Shown here: piece after piece, positions 60,997 through 64,000 of the stretch
Layout of the letters: each line of letters begins with the position of its first letter
Numbering within the stretch: position 1 is the first letter of the stretch
DNA from: Candidatus Caldarchaeum sp.
Lineage (GTDB): Archaea; Thermoproteota; Nitrososphaeria_A; Caldarchaeales; Caldarchaeaceae
Direction: 5' to 3'
DNA length: 64,000 nt
Assembly (NCBI GenBank): GCA_038844785.1
Contig: JAWBRA010000002.1
Location: 38,213-102,212 of the forward strand
Notes under the pieces: model-generated
Seen by the model: the letters and a program-made list of their open reading frames with translations, nothing else
The model's database searches: none
What the model was told of the DNA's origin: nothing
Position numbers and translations under genes: made by a program

Positions 60997-61644
60997 ATGG
61001 CTGCCGACCTTAAGCGGGAGCTGTTGAGGCTTTTGGAGGAGGATGAGGAGTTCCGGTATGCTGTGGCGGGCAGGATAGGCATACTGGAGATACTGAAGCG
61101 TCTCGACAGGCTGGAGGAGTGGCAGAACAGGCTTTGGGAGGAGGTTAGGGATTTGAGGTATGCGTTCAACAGGCTGGAGGGCAGGGTTGACAGGCTGGAG
61201 GGCAGGGTTGACAGGCTGGAGAAGAGGGTTTCGAAGGGTTTCGCCGAGCTCGGCTCCGCTCTCGGCGTCACCTACGAGATGCACGCAAACGCCTACATAC
61301 AGGTACTCCTCGAAGAGCTAGGGTATCCAGACGCCAGGGTTGGCGGAGGATATGTTCTGAAAGACGGCGAGGTACTGGAGATAGACATGTTCTGCGAAGA
61401 CCCCTTAGTCGTAGGGGAGGAAAACAGTAGGCTCAGGGACGAGGAGGAAATGAATAAAGAGATAGCTAAGCTATTGGAAAGAGTTGAAGCGGCCTCGTCA
61501 AAATACCGTAAAAAACCATTCATGGTGGTGTTGTCTGTTGGCGTTGTCCCGGAAAACCTAGTACAAAAACTCAGGACAGATGCTGAGAAACACGGCATTA
61601 AACTCATCCTAGGAAGAGAGATAGAAGAAGCCGTGAGCGCTTAA
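60997..61644 (+). CDS. Coiled-coil heptad-repeat protein with a C-terminal PD-(D/E)XK-like domain
   Basis: LEEDEEFRYAVAG, DRLEGRV repeats, EIDM...VVGE. Confidence 0.78.
   Translation: MAADLKRELLRLLEEDEEFRYAVAGRIGILEILKRLDRLEEWQNRLWEEVRDLRYAFNRLEGRVDRLEGRVDRLEKRVSKGFAELGSALGVTYEMHANAYIQVLLEELGYPDARVGGGYVLKDGEVLEIDMFCEDPLVVGEENSRLRDEEEMNKEIAKLLERVEAASSKYRKKPFMVVLSVGVVPENLVQKLRTDAEKHGIKLILGREIEEAVSA
61169..61230 (+). repeat. In-frame 21-bp tandem repeat (ACAGGCTGGAGGGCAGGGTTG x2 plus a degenerate third copy)
   Basis: Direct reading. Confidence 0.9.
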
Positions 61645-61911
61645 ACACACGCTATCGTGCAACATATCAACACAGTCAATTCTCACGACTGTATCTGCGA
61701 GCGACTCCAAACAAGCCTCGTAATCGAGGCCGTCGGACATCGGCTGCTCGCTTGTTTTTTAAGTCGGTTTCTCGATATTATGTTTGCATTAGGTGGATGA
61801 TGTGGATGTCGTGTTACGCTGACATTAATGTTTTAAGTCGGTGTTTTCATCAGGTTGATGTTATGGCCAGTTACGTCAAAGCTAGTTTTGCTGATGAAGT
61901 TCGTAGTGGTT

Positions 61912-62454
61912 TTATTTTGCGGAGAGCTGGGCTGAGACCTCGATTGTATCCGAGTTCTTATGGATAGTGATTTCAAGCATACCCAACAGCCTATCCTCAA
62001 TCGTGTTTGGCCCGCCAACGCTTATGACCGCTTCATCGGAGGTGACGGAGACAAATATTACTTCCTTCCGTAGTCCTCTGTTTTCCAACTCGTTTTTGAT
62101 TTTGTTTGCGGCTGTTGAATGGTCCTCTATCGGAGACGATAATGCATACTCTGCCGTTATGAGTAACACGTCGCCGTATGTCGTTTCCTTGTGTTCGGTG
62201 AGCGTTACTTTGCTTCCAATGGCTGCTGAAAGGATTGAAGCTATGAAGTTGTTGAATTTTTTACCAAAATCTGAAGGCGGGGTTACAGAAGTAACTCTTC
62301 CGGTCTCTGTGATGCGGGTAGTCGTTGTGACTTCATGAGTTGTGCTTAAAGTTGTCGAGCCTGTTCTCGGGATGTTGGTGAAAAGCAAACCAATAACCAA
62401 ACCGGCCACGGCCAGCACACCGATAACTACTAAAACCAAACCAAACTTCATCAT
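61912..62454 (-). CDS. Membrane-anchored or secreted protein with a Thr-rich linker
   Basis: MMKFGLVLVV hydrophobic N-terminus; TTLSTTHEVTTTT. Confidence 0.65.
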   Translation of the reverse strand: MMKFGLVLVVIGVLAVAGLVIGLLFTNIPRTGSTTLSTTHEVTTTTRITETGRVTSVTPPSDFGKKFNNFIASILSAAIGSKVTLTEHKETTYGDVLLITAEYALSSPIEDHSTAANKIKNELENRGLRKEVIFVSVTSDEAVISVGGPNTIEDRLLGMLEITIHKNSDTIEVSAQLSAK

Positions 62455-62479
62455 TTTATCGCCCACTGTTGGCTTATAA

Positions 62480-62960
62480 AAATTTTTGTCAGATAAACGG
62501 GGATATCTGCCACTTGATCTCAGACTATGAACCCAGTTTCCAACACCCTCCTTTGATGCGCTGGTTAGACAGATGTCTCTAAAGCTCAACCCAGCAACGA
62601 ACAACGGACCAGCATAAACCTTCTCGGAAGGGCTGTAGTTATGGAGTCTGGGCATATGATAGCGGAGATAATCGAGGACATAGCCCTAAAACATAGCGCT
62701 CAAATGAAATTTGAGGGCTACGAGCCTTTCTAAAAGTTCTTCTCGGGATTCTGGCTTTCTTGGGCTGAGAACGGCTACTAGGCTTAGCTGTTCCCAAAGA
62801 GCCTCGTCATGATGTATGACAAACATCTAGTATGGGCTGATGGAGCGTCACGGTATAATGATGCATGCAGGAGGCTTAACGTATAGTTTCGGGGAATGGC
62901 TCTACCAAGTAATGGAGAGCCAATGGTCTTACATCGAACTATCCTCTATATGATTATATG
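62480..62960. mobile_element. IS6-family remnants (HTH part on minus strand, DDE part on plus strand)
   Basis: LFVAGLSFRDI..SKEGVGNWVH (minus); YEPF..FWLSW and VWADGASRYNDACRRLN (plus). Confidence 0.45.
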
Positions 62961-63382
62961 TATCTACGGCATGTTTTCACAACCCTGTCTAAAGTTGTGG
63001 ATTGGTCCATAACGGTTGAGCTGTCTTCGGCTTTGCCTGTAGACCTTACCGTCGAAGGAGTTTGTTCGACTATCCTTTACGCAGATAAATGATTAAGATT
63101 TTTGCAAACTGACTTTCCGGAAACAGTACGCTAATCTCAACCGGCCTAACGAAGGCTTGAACCGGTTTCACTGAGCGGCGAAAACGTTCATGCTGTGTTT
63201 TGATGCTTGTTTGAGTTCAAGGTTCTAGCTGTGGCTTTTTATCGTGAGAGGCAGAGCTTAACAAAGATTTCATCGCGTAACACATGCTTGCCGAAAAATC
63301 ACCGCTGTGAGGTAGTCAGGGAACAGACATTCTTAGATTTACACCACCCTAGACACGAAGTGATATCTTTATATCTGCCCTT

Positions 63383-63802
63383 ATGGATAATACACTGTTG
63401 ACCAGTAAGGGGATCTTCGTCAGAGGTATAGACAGAAAAAATTACAGAAAGCTTAAGGCGTTGGCTGCGGAAAAAGGTACATCCGTATACGTGTTGATTG
63501 ACGACGCGATCAGGAAGTATCTCGCAACGGCTTCGTCAGAGACCTCGGGGGACATGCCTTTGAGCGAGGAAGCAGTCAACAACACAGTGTTTAGAAAAGT
63601 GAGGTCCGACCCCTCGGTAAACGGGCGCTGGATTGGAATAGCGGGCGGCAGGGTTGTGAAAGTGTCGGATAGGTTCGAAGAGGTTGTGGAATCTATGAGG
63701 CAGGCATACCGTGTAGAGGGATTTAAGCACGGCATAGTGGCGAAGGCGGGAGCTCCACCGGACTTGAGGGAGTGGCTTGCGGGCAGTCTTCAGTCGGTTT
63801 AG
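63383..63802 (+). CDS. RHH domain plus DUF5678-like domain
   Basis: YRKLKALAAEKG.SV..LIDDAIRKYL; GRWIGIAGGRVV. Confidence 0.7.
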   Translation: MDNTLLTSKGIFVRGIDRKNYRKLKALAAEKGTSVYVLIDDAIRKYLATASSETSGDMPLSEEAVNNTVFRKVRSDPSVNGRWIGIAGGRVVKVSDRFEEVVESMRQAYRVEGFKHGIVAKAGAPPDLREWLAGSLQSV

Positions 63803-64000
63803 CTGCTCAAAGCCGGAAAAATTTCACACAACTGTCCTGAAACTCCGCAACATCATAACAGGAAGCGAGACCTTGTTCACCGCCGTTATTGACACTGGCT
63901 TCGACGGATATGTAATGCTCACACATGAAGCCTACCTGTCCATGCAGCTGTCGTTATCGGAGGCGCCTGAAGACGAATTCCCCGTTTACAGGACGATGGC
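63777..64000 (+). CDS. Clan AA aspartyl protease, 3' truncated by window edge
   Basis: TTG at 63777 after GAGGGAG; FTAVIDTGFDGYVML. Confidence 0.75.
   Translation, partial: MRAVFSRFSCSKPEKFHTTVLKLRNIITGSETLFTAVIDTGFDGYVMLTHEAYLSMQLSLSEAPEDEFPVYRTM

Noticed and set aside
61169-61230. Possible CRISPR array
   Set aside because: Contiguous in-frame repeats without spacers; no CRISPR array or cas gene was seen in the window.
62455-62655. N-terminal part of ORF 61912-62655
   Set aside because: Looks like an IS6 HTH remnant in frame by chance; the real gene starts at MMKFG.

Overview
Archaeal chromosomal window. Gene content (Cdc6, RFC, DnaK/J/GrpE, CarS, ESCRT-III, intron-containing tRNAs) suggests a TACK archaeon, probably Caldarchaeales/Aigarchaeota; this is inference. 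Positions 1-35.4 kb, 37-41.5 kb and 45.3-53.1 kb are mostly housekeeping genes. Accessory or decayed DNA lies at 10.3-10.6, 35.5-36.95, 41.5-45.25 and 53.2-64 kb. The main find is a tRNA-linked module: a compact IS110-related RuvC/Nop-type gene (frameshifted, apparently without the catalytic-serine loop) followed by a ~140-nt hairpin. The hairpin apex carries two 9-nt windows in a pseudo-symmetric GGCRAT-N9-AAYGC frame, which together spell an 18-bp tRNA-gene target (positions ~21-38) on opposite strands. A second, partial copy has different windows, one exactly complementary to the anticodon region of the adjacent tRNA-Arg. Both neighbouring tRNA genes carry a 30-nt intron at position 24/25, inside that target. 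This suggests a TIGR-Tas/bridge-RNA-like, RNA-guided system tied to tRNA intron gain or homing. Also present: a tRNA 5' fragment, a four-copy dispersed repeat, proviral relics (terminase, RNR, PCNA-like), two RHH + aspartyl-protease modules, and a broken Mre11/Rad50 pair with a hydrophobic apex. All calls are from reading the sequence by eye; no searches were run.
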